Below are positions 52,085-64,000 of a stretch of DNA of 64,000 nucleotides, piece by piece. Both the position numbers and the translations under genes were made by a program. Position 1 is the stretch's first letter; every line of letters begins with the position of its first letter. Source of the stretch: Eledone cirrhosa (taxonomy: Eukaryota); the NCBI GenBank assembly GCA_964016885.1, contig OZ024741.1, positions 7,068,001 to 7,132,000 on the forward strand, written 5' to 3'. Under the pieces are notes generated by a model. It had not been told where the DNA came from. It worked only from the letters and a program-made list of their open reading frames with translations, and did no database searches.

Positions 52085-54162
52085 TGAGGGTGTAAACAGG
52101 TTTAAACTAGGAATGTTAGGTAGAGGGTATAAATAGTTTTAAACTAGGAATGTTAGGTAGAGGGTATAAATAGGTTTAAAATAGGAATGTTAGGTAGAGG
52201 GTATAAACAGCTTTAAACTAGAAATGTTAGGTAGAGGGTATAAATAGGTTTAAAGTAGGAATGTTAGGTTGAAGGTATAAACAGGTTTAAACTAGGAATC
52301 TTAGGTAGAGGGTATAAACAGGTTTAAACTAGGAATGTTAGGTGGAGGGTATAAATGGGTTTAAAGTAGGAATGTCAGGTGAAGGCTATAAACAGGTTTA
52401 AACTAAGAGTGTTATGTGGAGGGTATAAATAGGTTTAAACTAGGAGTGTTAGGTGAGGGGTATAAATAGGTTTAAATTAGGAGTGTTAGGTGAAGGGTAT
52501 AAATAGTTTTAAACTAGGAATGTTAGGTGGAGGGTATAAACAGTTTTAAAGTAGGAGTGTTAGATGAAGGCTATAAATAGGTTTAAACAAGGAATATTAG
52601 GTGGAGGGTATAAACAGGTTTAAACTAGGAGAGTTAGGTGGAGGGTATAAATAGGCTTAAACTAGGAATGTTATGTTGAGGGTATAAAAAGGTTTAAACT
52701 AGTAGTGTTAGGTGAAGGCTATAAATAGGTTTAAACTAGGAATATTAGGTGGAGGGTATAAACAGGTTTAAACTAGGAGTGTTAGGTGGAGGGATTAAAT
52801 AGGTTTAAACTAGGAGTGTTAGGTGGAGGGTATAAATGGGTTTAAAGTAGGAATGTTAGGTGAAGGATATAAACAGGTTTAAACTAAGAGTGTTATGTGG
52901 AGGGTATAAATAGGTTTAAACTAGGAGTGTTAGGTGAGGGGTATAAATAGGTTTAAATTAGGAGTGTTAGGTGAAGGGTATAAATAGTTTTAAACTAGGA
53001 ATGTTAGGTTGAGGGTATAAACAGGTTTAAACTAGGAATGTTAGGTGGAGGGTATAAACAGTTTTAAAGTAGGAGTGTTAGATGAAGGCTATAAATAGGT
53101 TTAAACAAGGAATATTAGGTGGAGGGTATAAACAGGTTTAAACTAGGAGAGTTAGGTGGAGGGTATAAATAGGCTTAAACTAGGAATGTTATGTTGAGGG
53201 TATAAAAAGGTTTAAACTAGTAGTGTTAGGTGAAGGCTATAAATAGGTTTAAAATAGGAATATTAGGTGGTGGGTATAAACAGGTTTAAACTAGGAGTGT
53301 TAGGTGGAGGGTATAAATAGGTTTATACTAGGAGTGTTAGGTGAAGGCCATAAACAGGTTTAAACTAGGAATATTAGGTGGAGGGCATAAACAGGTTTAA
53401 ACTAGGAATGTTAGGTGGAGGTTAAAAATAGGTTTAAACTAGGAATGTTAGGTGGAGGGTATAAATAGGTTTAAACTAGGAATATTAGGTGGAGGGTATA
53501 AATATGTTTAAACTAGGAATGTTAGGTAGAAGGTATAAATAGGTTTAAACTAGAATGTTAGGTGGAGGGTATAAATAGGTTTAAACTAGGAGTGTTAGGT
53601 GGAGGGTATAAATAGGTTTAAACTAGGAATGTTAGGTGGAGGGTATAAATAGGTTTAAAGTAGGAATGTTAGGCGGAGGGTATAAACAGGTTTAAACTAG
53701 GAATGTTAGGTAGAGGGTATAAATAGGTTTAAACTAGTAATGTTAGGTGGAGGGTATAAACAGGTTTAAACTAGGAATATTAGGTGGAGGGTATAAATAG
53801 GTTTAAAGTAGGTATGTTAGGTGAAGGCTATAAACAGGCTTAAAGTCAGAATGTTAGGTAGAGGGTATAAAAAGGTTTAATCTAGGAATATTAGGTGGAG
53901 GGTATAAACAGGTTTAAAGTAGGAATGTTAGGTGGAGGGTATAAATAGGTTTAAACTAGGAAAGTTAGTGGAGGGTATAAACAGGTTATAACTAGGAGTG
54001 GTAGGTGGAGGGTATAAACAGGTTTAAACTAGGAAAGTTAGGTGGAGGGTATAAATAGGTTTAAACTAGGAATGTTAGGTGGAGGGTAAAAACAGGTTTA
54101 AACTAGAAATGTTAGGTAGAGGGTATAAACAGTTTTAAAGTAGGAATGTTAGGTAGAGGGTA

Positions 54163-54420
54163 TTTTTTAAAATTAAAAAAATATATATATACATATATAT
54201 ATTTTTTTTTTAGATCGACTTTCGTCAAATCGGACCAAGGAAACAATGTTTCCATTGGTCTTTCCAATTGCTGATACTATCTATCGGTCGCAACTCCAGG
54301 TAGAAGGAGCAATGTGAAATAAAGTGTCTTGCTCAAGTACATAACGCATCACCCGATCCGGGAATCGTACTCATAACTTCACGATTGTGACCCAATCCTC
54401 TAACCAACTCAGCCATACGC
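54163..54420 (-). mobile_element. SINE copy 8 (5' deletion, mutated B box)
   Basis: It has the same 10-bp deletion as copy 7, B box GAGTACGATTCC and the CORE variant CTCAAGTAC. Confidence 0.92.
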
Positions 54421-56942
54421 TGAGGGTGTAAACAGGTTTAAACTAGGAATGTTAGGTAGAGGGTATAAATAGTTTTAAACTAGGAATGTTAGGTAGAGGG
54501 TATAAATAGGTTTAAAATAGGAATGTTAGGTAGAGGGTATAAACAGCTTTAAACTAGAAATGTTAGGTAGAGGGTATAAATAGGTTTAAAGTAGGAATGT
54601 TAGGTTGAAGGTATAAACAGGTTTAAACTAGGAATCTTAGGTAGAGGGTATAAACAGGTTTAAACTAGGAATGTCAGGTGGAGGGTATAAATGAGTTTAA
54701 AGTAGGAATGTTAGGGGAAGGCTATAAACAGGTTTAAACTAAGAGTGTTATGTGGAGGGTATAAATAGGTTTAAACTAGGAGTGTTAGGTGAGGGGTATA
54801 AATAGGTTTAAATTAGGAGTGTTAGGTGAAGGGTATAAATAGTTTTAAACTAGGAATGTTAGGTGGAGGGTATAAATAGGTTTAAAGTAGGAATGTTAGG
54901 CGGAGGGTATAAACATGTTTAAACTAGGAATGTTAGGTAGAGGGTATAAATAGGTTTAAACTAGTAATGTTAGGTGGAGGGTATAAACAGGTTTAAACTA
55001 GGAATATTAGGTGGAGGGTATAAATAGGTTTAAAGTAGGTATGTTAGGTGAAGGCTATAAACAGGTTTAAACTAGGAATATTAGGTGGAGGGTATAAACA
55101 GGTTAAAACTAGGAATGTCAGGTGGAGGGTATAAATGGGTTTAAAGTAGGAATGTTAGGGGAAGGCTATAAACAGGTTTAAACTAAGAGTGTTATGTGGA
55201 GGGTATAAATAGGTTTAAACTAGGAGTGTTAGGTGAGGGGTATAAATAGGTTTAAATTAGGAGTGTTAGGTGAAGGGTATAAATAGTTTTAAACTAGGAA
55301 TGTTAGGTGGAGGGTATAAACAGTTTTAAAGTAGGAGTGTTAGATGAAGGCTATAAATAGGTTTAAACAAGGAATATTAGGTGGAGGGTATAAACAGGTT
55401 TAAACTAGGAGAGTTAGGTGGAGGGTATAAATAGGCTTAAACTAGGAATGTTATGTTGAGGGTATAAAAAGGTTTAAACTAGTAGTGTTAGGTGAAGGCT
55501 ATAAATAGGTTTAAACTAGGAATATTAGGTGGAGGGTATAAACAGGTTTAAACTAGGAGTGTTAGGTGGAGGGATTAAATAGGTTTAAACTAGGAGTGTT
55601 AGGTGGAGGGTATAAATGGGTTTAAAGTAGGAATGTTAGGTGAAGGCTATAAACAGGTTTAAACTAAGAGTGTTATGTGGAGGGTATAAATAGGTTTAAA
55701 CTTGGAGTGTTAGGTGAGGGGTATAAATAGGTTTAAATTAGGAGTGTTAGGTGAAGGGTATAAATAGTTTTAAACTAGGAACGTTAGGTTGAGGGTATAA
55801 ACAGGTTTAAACTAGGAATGTTAGGTGGAGGGTATAAACAGTTTTAAAGTAGGAGTGTTAGATGAAGGCTATAAATAGGTTTAAACAAGGAATATTAGGT
55901 GGAGGGTATAAACAGGTTTAAACTAGGAGAGTTAGGTGGAGGGTATAAATAGGCTTAAACTAGGAATGTTATGTTGAGGGTATAAAAAGGTTTAAACTAG
56001 TAGTGTTAGGTGAAGGCTATAAATAGGTTTAAAATAGGAATATTAGGTGGTGGGTATAAACAGGTTTAAACTAGGAGTGTTAGGTGGAGGGTATAAATAG
56101 GTTTAAACTAGGAGTGTTAGGTGAAGGCCATAAACAGGTTTAAACTAGGAATATTAGGTGGAGGGCATAAACAGGTTTAAACTAGGAATGTTAGGTGGAA
56201 GTTAAACATAGGTTTAAACTAGGAATGTTAGGTGGAGGGTATAAATAGGTTTAAACTAGGAATATTAGGTGGAGGGTATAAATATGTTTAAACTAGGAAT
56301 GTTAGGTAGAAGGTATAAATAGGTTTAAACTAGAATGTTAGGTGGAGGGTATAAATAGGTTTAAACTAGGAGTGTTAGGTGGAGGGTATAAATAGGTTTA
56401 AACTAGGAATGTTAGGTGGAGGGTATAAATAGGTTTAAAGTAGGAATGTTAGGCGGAGGGTATAAACAGGTTTAAACTAGGAATGTTAGGTAGAGGGTAT
56501 AAATAGGTTTAAACTAGTAATGTTAGGTGGAGGGTATAAACAGGTTTAAACTAGGAATGTTAGGTGGAGGGTATAAATAGGTTTAAAGTAGGAATGTTAG
56601 GTGAAGGCTATAAACAGGCTTAAAGTCAGAATGTTAGGTAGAGGGTATAAAAAGGTTTAATCTAGGAATATTAGGTGGAGGGTATAAACAGGTTTAAAGT
56701 AGGAATGTTAGGTGGAGGGTATAAATAGGTTTAAACTAGGAAAGTTAGTGGAGGGTATAAACAGGTTATAACTAGGAGTGGTAGGTGGAGGGTATAAATA
56801 GGTTTAAACTAGGAAAGTTAGGTGGAGGGTATAAATAGGTTTAAACTAGGAATGTTAGGTGGAGGGTATAAACAGGTTTAAACTAGAAATGTTAGGTAGA
56901 GGGTATAAACAGGTTTAAAGTAGGAATGTTAGGTAGAGGGTA

Positions 56943-57208
56943 TTTTTTAAAATTAAAAAAATATATATATACATATATATATTTTTTTTTTAGATCGACA
57001 TTCGTCAAATCGGACCAAGGAAACAATGTTTCCATTGGTCTTTCCAATTGCTGATACTATCTATCGGTCGCAACTCCAGGTAGAAGGAGCAATGTGAAAT
57101 AAAGTGTCTTGCTCAAGTACATAACGCATCACCCGATCCGGGAATCGTACTCATAACTTCACGATTGTGACCCAATCCTCTAACCAACTCAGCCATACGC
57201 CTTCACAC
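56943..57208 (-). mobile_element. SINE copy 9 (mutated B box)
   Basis: Full length, with B box GAGTACGATTCC and CTCAAGTAC as in copy 8. The right flank is GCTGAGGGTG. Confidence 0.92.
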
Positions 57209-59179
57209 GCTGAGGGTGTAAACAGGTTTAAACTAGGAATGTTAGGTAGAGGGTATAAATAGGTTTAAACTAGGAATGTTAGGTAGAGGGTATAAATAGG
57301 TTTAAAATAGGAATGTTAGGTAGAGGGTATAAACAGGTTTAAACTAGGAATGTTAGGTGGAGGGTATAAACAGCTTTAAACTAGAAATGTTAGGTAGAGG
57401 GTATAAATAGGTTTAAAGTAGGAATGTTAGGTTGAAGGTATAAACAGGTTAAAACTAGGAATGTTAGGTGGAGGGTATAAATGGGTTTAAAGTAGGAATG
57501 TTAGGTGAAGGCTATAAACAGGTTTAATCTAAGAGTGTTATGTGGAGGGTATAAATAGGTTTAAACTAGGAGTGTTAGGTGAGGGGTATAAATAGGTTTA
57601 AAGTAGGAGTGTTAGGTGAAGGGTATAAATAGTTTTAAACTAGGAATGTTAGCTGGAGGGTATAAATAGGTTTAAACTAGGAATGTTAGGTGGAGTGTAT
57701 AAACAGTTTTAAAGTAGGAGTGTTAGATGAAGGCTATAAATAGGTTTAAACAAGGAATATTAGGTGGAGGGTATAAACAGGTTTAAACTAGGAGTGTTAA
57801 GTGGAGGGTATAAATAGGCTTAAACTAGGAATGTTATGTTGAGGGTATAAAAAGGTTTAAACTAGTAGTGTTAGGTGAAGGCTATGAATAGGTTTAAACT
57901 AGGAATATTAGGTGGAGGGTATAAACAGGTTTAAACTAGGAGTGTTAGGTGAAGGCCATAAACAGGTTTAAACTAGGAGTATTAGGTGGAGGGTATAAAT
58001 AGGTTTAAACTAGGATTGTTAGGTTCAACGTATAAATAGGTTTAAACTAGGAGTGTTAGAGGAAGGCTATAAATAGGTTTAAACTAGGAATATTAGGTGG
58101 AGGGGATAAATAGTTTTAAACTAGGAGTGTTAGGTGGAGGGTATAAACAGGTTTAAATTAGGAGTGTTATCTAGAGGGTATAAATAGGTTTAAAGTAGGA
58201 ATGTTAGGTAGAGGGTATAAATAGGTTTAAACCAGGAATGTTAGGTGGAGGGTATAAATAGTTTTAAACTAGGAATGTTAGGTGGAGGGTATAAATAGGT
58301 TTAAAGTATGAATGTTAGGTAGAGGGTATAAACAGGTTTAAATTAGGAATATTAGGTGAAGGGTATAAATAGGTTTAAACTAGGAATGATAGGTAGAGGG
58401 TATAAACAGGTTAAAACTAGGAATGTTAGGTGGAGGGTATAAATAGGCTTAATCTAGAAATGTTAGGTAGAGGGTATAAATAGGTTTAAAGTAGGAATGT
58501 TAGGTTGAGGGTATAAATAGGTTTAAACTAGGAATGTTAGGTAGAGGGTATAAATAGGTTTAAACTAGGAATGTTAGGTAGAGGGTATAAACAGGTTTAA
58601 AGTAGGAATGTTAGGTGAAGGGTATAAACAGGTTTAAACTAGGAATGTTAGGTGGAGGGTATAAATGGGTTTAAAGTAGGAATGTTAGGTGAAGGCTATA
58701 AACAGGTTTAAACTAGGAGTGTTAGGTGGAGGGTATAAATAGGTTTAAACTAGGAGTGTTAGGTGAAGGGTATAAATAGATTTAAAGTAGGAGTGTTAGG
58801 TGAAGGGTATAAATAGGTTTAAACCAGGAAAGTTAGGTGGAGGGTATAAATAGGTTTAAACTAGGAATGTTAGGTGGAGGGTATAAACAGGTTTAAAGTA
58901 GAAATGTTACGTGAAGGGTATAAACAGGCTTAAAGTCGGAATGTTATGTAGAGGGTATAAACAGGTTTAATCTAGGAATATTAGGTGGAGGGTATAAATA
59001 GGTTTAAAGTAGGAATGTTAGGTGGAGGGTATAAATAGGTTTAAACTAGGAAAGTTAGGTGGAGTGTATAAACAGGTTTAAACTAGGAATGTTAGGTGGA
59101 GGGTATAAACAGGTTTAAACTAGAAATGTTAGGTAGAGGGTATAAACAGGTTTAAAGTGGGAATGTTAGGTTGAGGGTG

Positions 59180-59447
59180 TTTTTTAAAATTAAAAAAAAT
59201 ATATATATACATATATATATATTTTTTTAGATCGACTTTCGTCAAATCGGACCAAGGAAACAATGTTTCCATTGGTCTTTCCAATTGCTGATACTATCTA
59301 TCGGTCGCAACTCCAGGTAGAAGGAGCAATGTGAAATAAAGTGTCTTGCTCAAGGACATAACGAATCACCCGATCCGGGAATCGAACTCATAACCTCACG
59401 ATTGTGAACCCAATTCTCAAAACCAACTCAGCTATACGCTTTCACAC
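59180..59447 (-). mobile_element. SINE copy 10 (diverged)
   Basis: Same insert with private changes (ACGAATC, AACCTCA, GTGAACCC, CTCAAAACC, GCTATACGCT). The left flank is GTTGAGGGTG and the right flank is GTTGAGGGTA. Confidence 0.92.
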
Positions 59448-62400
59448 GTTGAGGGTATAAATAGGTTTAAACTAGGAACGTTAGGTAGAGGGTATAAATA
59501 GGTTTAAACTAGGAATGTTAGGTAGAGGGTATAAACAGGTTTAAAGTAGGAATGTTAGGTAGAGGGTATAAACAGGTTTAAACTAGGAATGTTAGGTGGA
59601 GGGTATGAATAGGTTTAAAGTAGGAATGTTAGGTGGAAGGTATAACTGGGTTTAAAGTAGGAAAGTTAGGTGAAGGCTATAAACAGGTTTAAACTAGGAA
59701 TGTTAGGTGGAGGGTATAAAAAGGTTTAAACTAGGAAAGTTAGGTGGAGGGTATAAATAGGTTTAAAGTAGGAATGTTAGGTGGTGGGTATAAATAGGTT
59801 TAAACTAGGAAAGTTAAGTGGAGGGTATAAATAGGTTTAAACTAGGAATGTTAGGTGGAGGGTATAAACAGTTTTAAACTAGGAGTGTTAGGCGGAGGGT
59901 ATAAACAGGTTTAAACTAGACATGTTAGGTGGAAGGTATAAATAGGTTTAAAGTAGGAATGTTAGGTAGAGGGTATGAATAGGTTTAAAGTAGGAATGTT
60001 AGGTGGAAGGTATAAATGGGTTTAAAGTAGGAATGTTAGGTGAAGGCTATAAACAGGTTTAAACTAGGAGTGTTAGGTGTAGGGTATAAATAGGTTTAAA
60101 CTAGGAGTGTTGGGTGAAGGGTATAAACAGGTTATAACTACGAGTGTTAGGTGGAGGATATAAATAGGTTTAAACTAGGAGTGTAAGGTGGAGGGTATAA
60201 ATAGGTTTAAACTAGGAGTGTTAGGTGAAGGCCATAAATAGGTTTAAACTAGGAATATTACGTGGAGGGTATGAATAGGTTTAAACTAGGAATGTTAGAT
60301 GGAGGTTAAAAATAGGTTTAAACTAGGAATGTTAGGTGTAGGGTATAAACAGGTTTAAACAAGGAATGTTAGGTGGAGGGTATAAATATGTTTAAACTAG
60401 GAATGTTAGGTGGAGGGTATAAATAGGTTTAAACTAGGAATGTTAGGTGGAGGGTATAAACAGTTTTAAACTAGGAGTGTTAGGCGGAGGGTATAAACAG
60501 GTTTAAACTAGACATGTTAGGTGGAAGGTATAAATAGGTTTAAAGTAGGAATGTTAGGTAGAGGGTATGAATAGGTTTAAAGTAGGAATGTTAGGTGGAA
60601 GGTATAAATGGGTTTAAAGTAGGAATGTTAGGTGAAGGCTATAAACAGGTTTAAACTAGGAGTGTTAGGTGTAGGGTATAAATAGGTTTAAACTAGGAGT
60701 GTTGGGTGAAGGGTATAAATAGGTTTAAAGTAGGAGTGTTAGGTGAAGGGTATAAACAGGTTTAAACTAGGAAAGTTAGGTGGAGGGCATAAATAGGTTT
60801 AAAGTAGGAATGTTAGGTGGAGGGTATAAATAGGTTTAAAGTAGGAATGTTAGGTGGAGGGTATAAACAGGTTTAATCTAGGAATGTTAGTTGGAGGGTA
60901 TAAATAGTTTTAAACTAGGAGTGTTAGGTGTAGGCTATAACTAGGTCTAAACTAGGAATATTAGGTGGAGGGTATAAATATGTTTAAACTAGGAGTGTTA
61001 GGTGGAGGGTATAAATAGGTTTAAACTAGGAATGTTAGGTGGAGGGTATAAACAGGTTTAAACTAGGAGAGTTAGGTGGAGGGTATAAACAGGCTTAAAC
61101 TAGGAATGTTAGGTGGAGGTTAAAAATAGGTTTAAACTAGGAATGTTAGGTGGAGGGTATAAACAGGTTTAAACTAGGAATGTTAGGTTGAGGATATAAA
61201 CAGGTTTAAACTAGGAGTTTTATGTGAAGGCTTTAAATAGGTTTAAACTAGGAATATTGGGTGGAGGGTTTAAATAGGCTTAAACTAGGAGTGTTAGGTG
61301 GAGGGTATAAACAGGTTTAAACTAGGAGTGTTAGGTGAAGGCCATAAATAGGTTTAAACTAGGAATGTTAGGTAGAGGGTATAAACAGGTTTAAACTAGG
61401 AATGTTAGGTGGAGGGTATGAATAGGTTTAAAGTAGGAATGTTAGGTGGAAGGTATAAATGGGTTTAAAGTAGGAATGTTAGGGGAAGGCTATAAACAGG
61501 TTTAAACTAGGAGTGTTAGGTGGAGGGTATAAACAGGTTTAAACTAGGAGTGTTAGGTGGAGGGTATAAATAGGTTTAAACTAGGAGTGTTAGGTGAAGG
61601 CCATAAATAGGTTTAAACTAGGAATGTTAGATGGAGGTTAAAAATAGGTTTAAACTAGGAATGTTAGGTGGAGGGTACAAATATGTTTAAACTAGGAATG
61701 TTAGGTAGAAGGTATAAATAGGTTTAAACTAGGAATGTTAGGTGGAGTGTATAAATAGGTTTAAACTAGGAGTGTTATGTGGAGGGTATAAATAGGTTTA
61801 AACTAGGAATGTTAGGTGGAGGTTATAAATAGGTTTAAAGTAGGAGTGTTAGGTAGAGGGTATAAATAGGTTTAAAGTAGGAATGTTAGGTAGACGGTAT
61901 AAACAGGTTTAAACTAGGAATGTTAGGTGGAGGGTATAAATAGGTTTAAACTAGGAATGTTAGGTGGAGGGTATAAACAGGTTTAAACTAGGAATGTTAG
62001 GTGGAGGGTATAAACAGTTTTAAACTAGGAATGTTAGGTAGAGGGTATAAAGAGGTTTCAAGTAGGAATGTTAGGCGGAGGGTATAAATAGGTTTAAACT
62101 AGGAATGTTAGGTAGAGGGTATAAACAGTTTTAAAGTAGGAACGTTAGGTAGAGTGTATAAACAGGTTTAAAGTAGGAATGTTAGGTGGAGGGTATAAAT
62201 AGGTTTAAAGTAGGAATTTTAGGTGAAGGTTATAAATAGGTTTAAACTAGGAATGTTAGGTAGAGGGTATAAACAGGTTTAAACTAGGAATGTTAGGTGG
62301 AGGGTATAAACAGGTTTAAACTAGAAATGTTAGGTAGAGTGTATAAACAGGTTTAAAGTAGGAATGTTAGGTTGAGGGTATAAACAGGTTTAAACTAGGA

Positions 62401-63636
62401 ATGTTAGGTAGAGGGTATAAATAGGTTTAAACTAGGAATGTTAGGTGGAGGGTATAAATGGGTTTAAAGTAGGAATGTTAGGTGAAGGCTATAAACAGGT
62501 TTAAACTAGGAGTGTTAGGTGGAGGGTATAAATAGGTTTAAACTAGGAGTGTTAGGTGAAGGGTATAAATAGGTTTAAACTAGGAATGTTAGGTGGAGGG
62601 TATAAACAGGTTTAAACTAGGAGAGTTAGGTGGAGGGTATAAATAGGCTTAAACTAGGAATGTTAGGTGGAGGCTAAAAATAGGTTTAAACTAGGAATGT
62701 TAGGTGGAGGGTATAAACAGGTTTAAACTAGGAATGTTAGGTTGAGGATATAAACAGGTTTAAACTAGGAGTTTTAGGTGAAGGCTTTAAATAGGTTTAA
62801 ACTAGGAATATTGGGTGGAGGGTATAAATAGGTTTAAACTAGGAGTGTTAGGTGGAGGGTATAAACAGGTTTAAACTAGGAGTGTTAGGTGAAGGCCACA
62901 AATAGGTTTAAACTAGGAATATTAGGTGGAGGGTATAAATAGGTTTAAACTAGGAATGTTAGGTTGAGGGTATAAATATTTTTAAACTAGGAATGTTAGG
63001 TAGAAGGTATAAATAGGTTTAAACGAGGAATGTTAGGTGGAGGGTATAAATAGGTTTAAACTAGGAGTGTTAGGTGCACGGTATAAATAGGTTTAAACTA
63101 GGAATGTTAGGTGGAGGGTATAAATAGGTTTAAACTAGGAATTTTAGGTGGAGGGTATAAATAGGTTTAAAGTAGGAATGTTAGGTGAAGGGTATAAATA
63201 GGTTTAAACTAGGAATGTTAGGTGGAGGGTATAAATAGGTTTAAAGTAGGAATGTTAGGTGAAGGGTATAAATAGGTTTAAACTAGGAATGTTAGGTGGA
63301 GGGTATAAACAGGTTTAAACTAGGAAAGTTAGTGGAGGGTATAAACAGGTTATAACTAGGAGTGTTAGGTGGAGGGTATAAATAGGTTTAAACTAGGAAA
63401 GTTAGGTGGAGGGTATAAAAGGTTTAAACTAGGAATGTTAGGTGGAGGGTATAAATAGGTTTAAACTACGAAAGTTAGGTGGAGGGTATAAATAGTTTTA
63501 AACTAGGAAAGTTAGGTGGAGGGTATAAATAGGTTTAAACTAGGAATGTTAGGTGGAGGGTATAAACAGGTTTAAACTAGAAATGTTAGGTAGAGGGTAT
63601 AAATAGGTTTAAAGTAGGAATGTTAGGTTGAGGGTA

Positions 63637-63903
63637 TTTTTGAAAATTAAAAAAAATATATATATACATATATATATATTTTTTTTAGATCGGCTTTCGT
63701 CAAATCGGACCAAGGAAACAATGTTTCCATTGGTCTTTTCAATTGCTGATACTATCTATCGGTCGCAACTCCAGGTAGAAGGAGCAATGTGAAATAAAGT
63801 GTCTTGCTCAAGGACATAACGCATCACCCGATCCGGGAATCGAACTCATAACTTCACGATTGTGACCCAATTCTCTAACCAACTCAGCCATACGCCTTCA
63901 CAC
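63637..63903 (-). mobile_element. SINE copy 11
   Basis: Nearly identical to copy 3, with intact TSD. The upstream flank shares AAACGAGG and AAACTACGAAAG markers with copies 1 and 3. Confidence 0.92.
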
Positions 63904-64000
63904 GTTGAGGGTATAAATAGGTTTAAACTAGGAATGTTAGGTAGAGGGTATAAATAGGTTTAAACTAGAAATGTTAGGTAGAGGGTATAAATAGGTTTAA

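Larger units (their letters stand above)
1..64000 (+). repeat. 37-bp tandem satellite array (about 1,650 monomers, estimated from length), running off both window ends
   Basis: Consensus AGGTTTAAACTAGGAATGTTAGGTGGAGGGTATAAAT repeats head-to-tail throughout. Common variant sites are AAAC/AAAG, GAAT/GAGT, TGTT/TATT, GTGG/GTAG/GTGA/GTTG, GGGT/GGCT and AAAT/AAAC, with occasional 35-, 36- or 38-bp monomers. It is interrupted only by 11 copies of one insert. Confidence 0.99.

Noticed and set aside
33818-63903. Eleven independent site-specific insertions
   Set aside because: The shared TSD position, tail and rare flanking variants at fixed distances are better explained by duplication. It is not formally excluded for copy 2.
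1-64000. CRISPR array (37-bp repeats with an internal palindrome)
   Set aside because: The repeats abut with no unique spacers, the only inserts are near-identical to each other, and there are no cas genes or leader.
1-64000. Repetitive protein-coding ORF on either strand
   Set aside because: The 37-bp period shifts frame every monomer and both strands contain TAA/TAG stops, so every frame closes within about two or three monomers.
1-64000. True telomeric repeat tract
   Set aside because: There are no tandem (TTAGGG)n or (TTAGG)n runs, only isolated TTAGG within the monomer.

Overview
The whole 64 kb window is one eukaryotic-type tandem satellite array with no genes. The monomer is 37 bp (consensus AGGTTTAAACTAGGAATGTTAGGTGGAGGGTATAAAT; 13 A, 12 G, 11 T, 1 C), arranged head-to-tail in a single orientation. 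Positions 1-33.8 kb are pure satellite, organised into nested duplications of 0.3-6 kb that can be traced through rare variant monomers. From 33.8 kb onward the array is interrupted 11 times by the same ~265-bp insert. On the minus strand this insert reads as a tRNA-derived SINE: Pol III A and B boxes, a CORE-like segment, a 3' stem-loop, an A/(TA)n/T tail and a 10-bp target-site duplication GTTGAGGGTA. All copies sit at the same monomer position and share flanking variants, so they most likely come from one retrotransposition event amplified by array turnover into a composite SINE+satellite macro-repeat of about 2 kb. I see no CDS, CRISPR array, rRNA or intact tRNA. From memory the SINE resembles octopus/cephalopod CORE-type SINEs, but this is unverified. 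Coordinates were counted by hand and may be off by a few bases.
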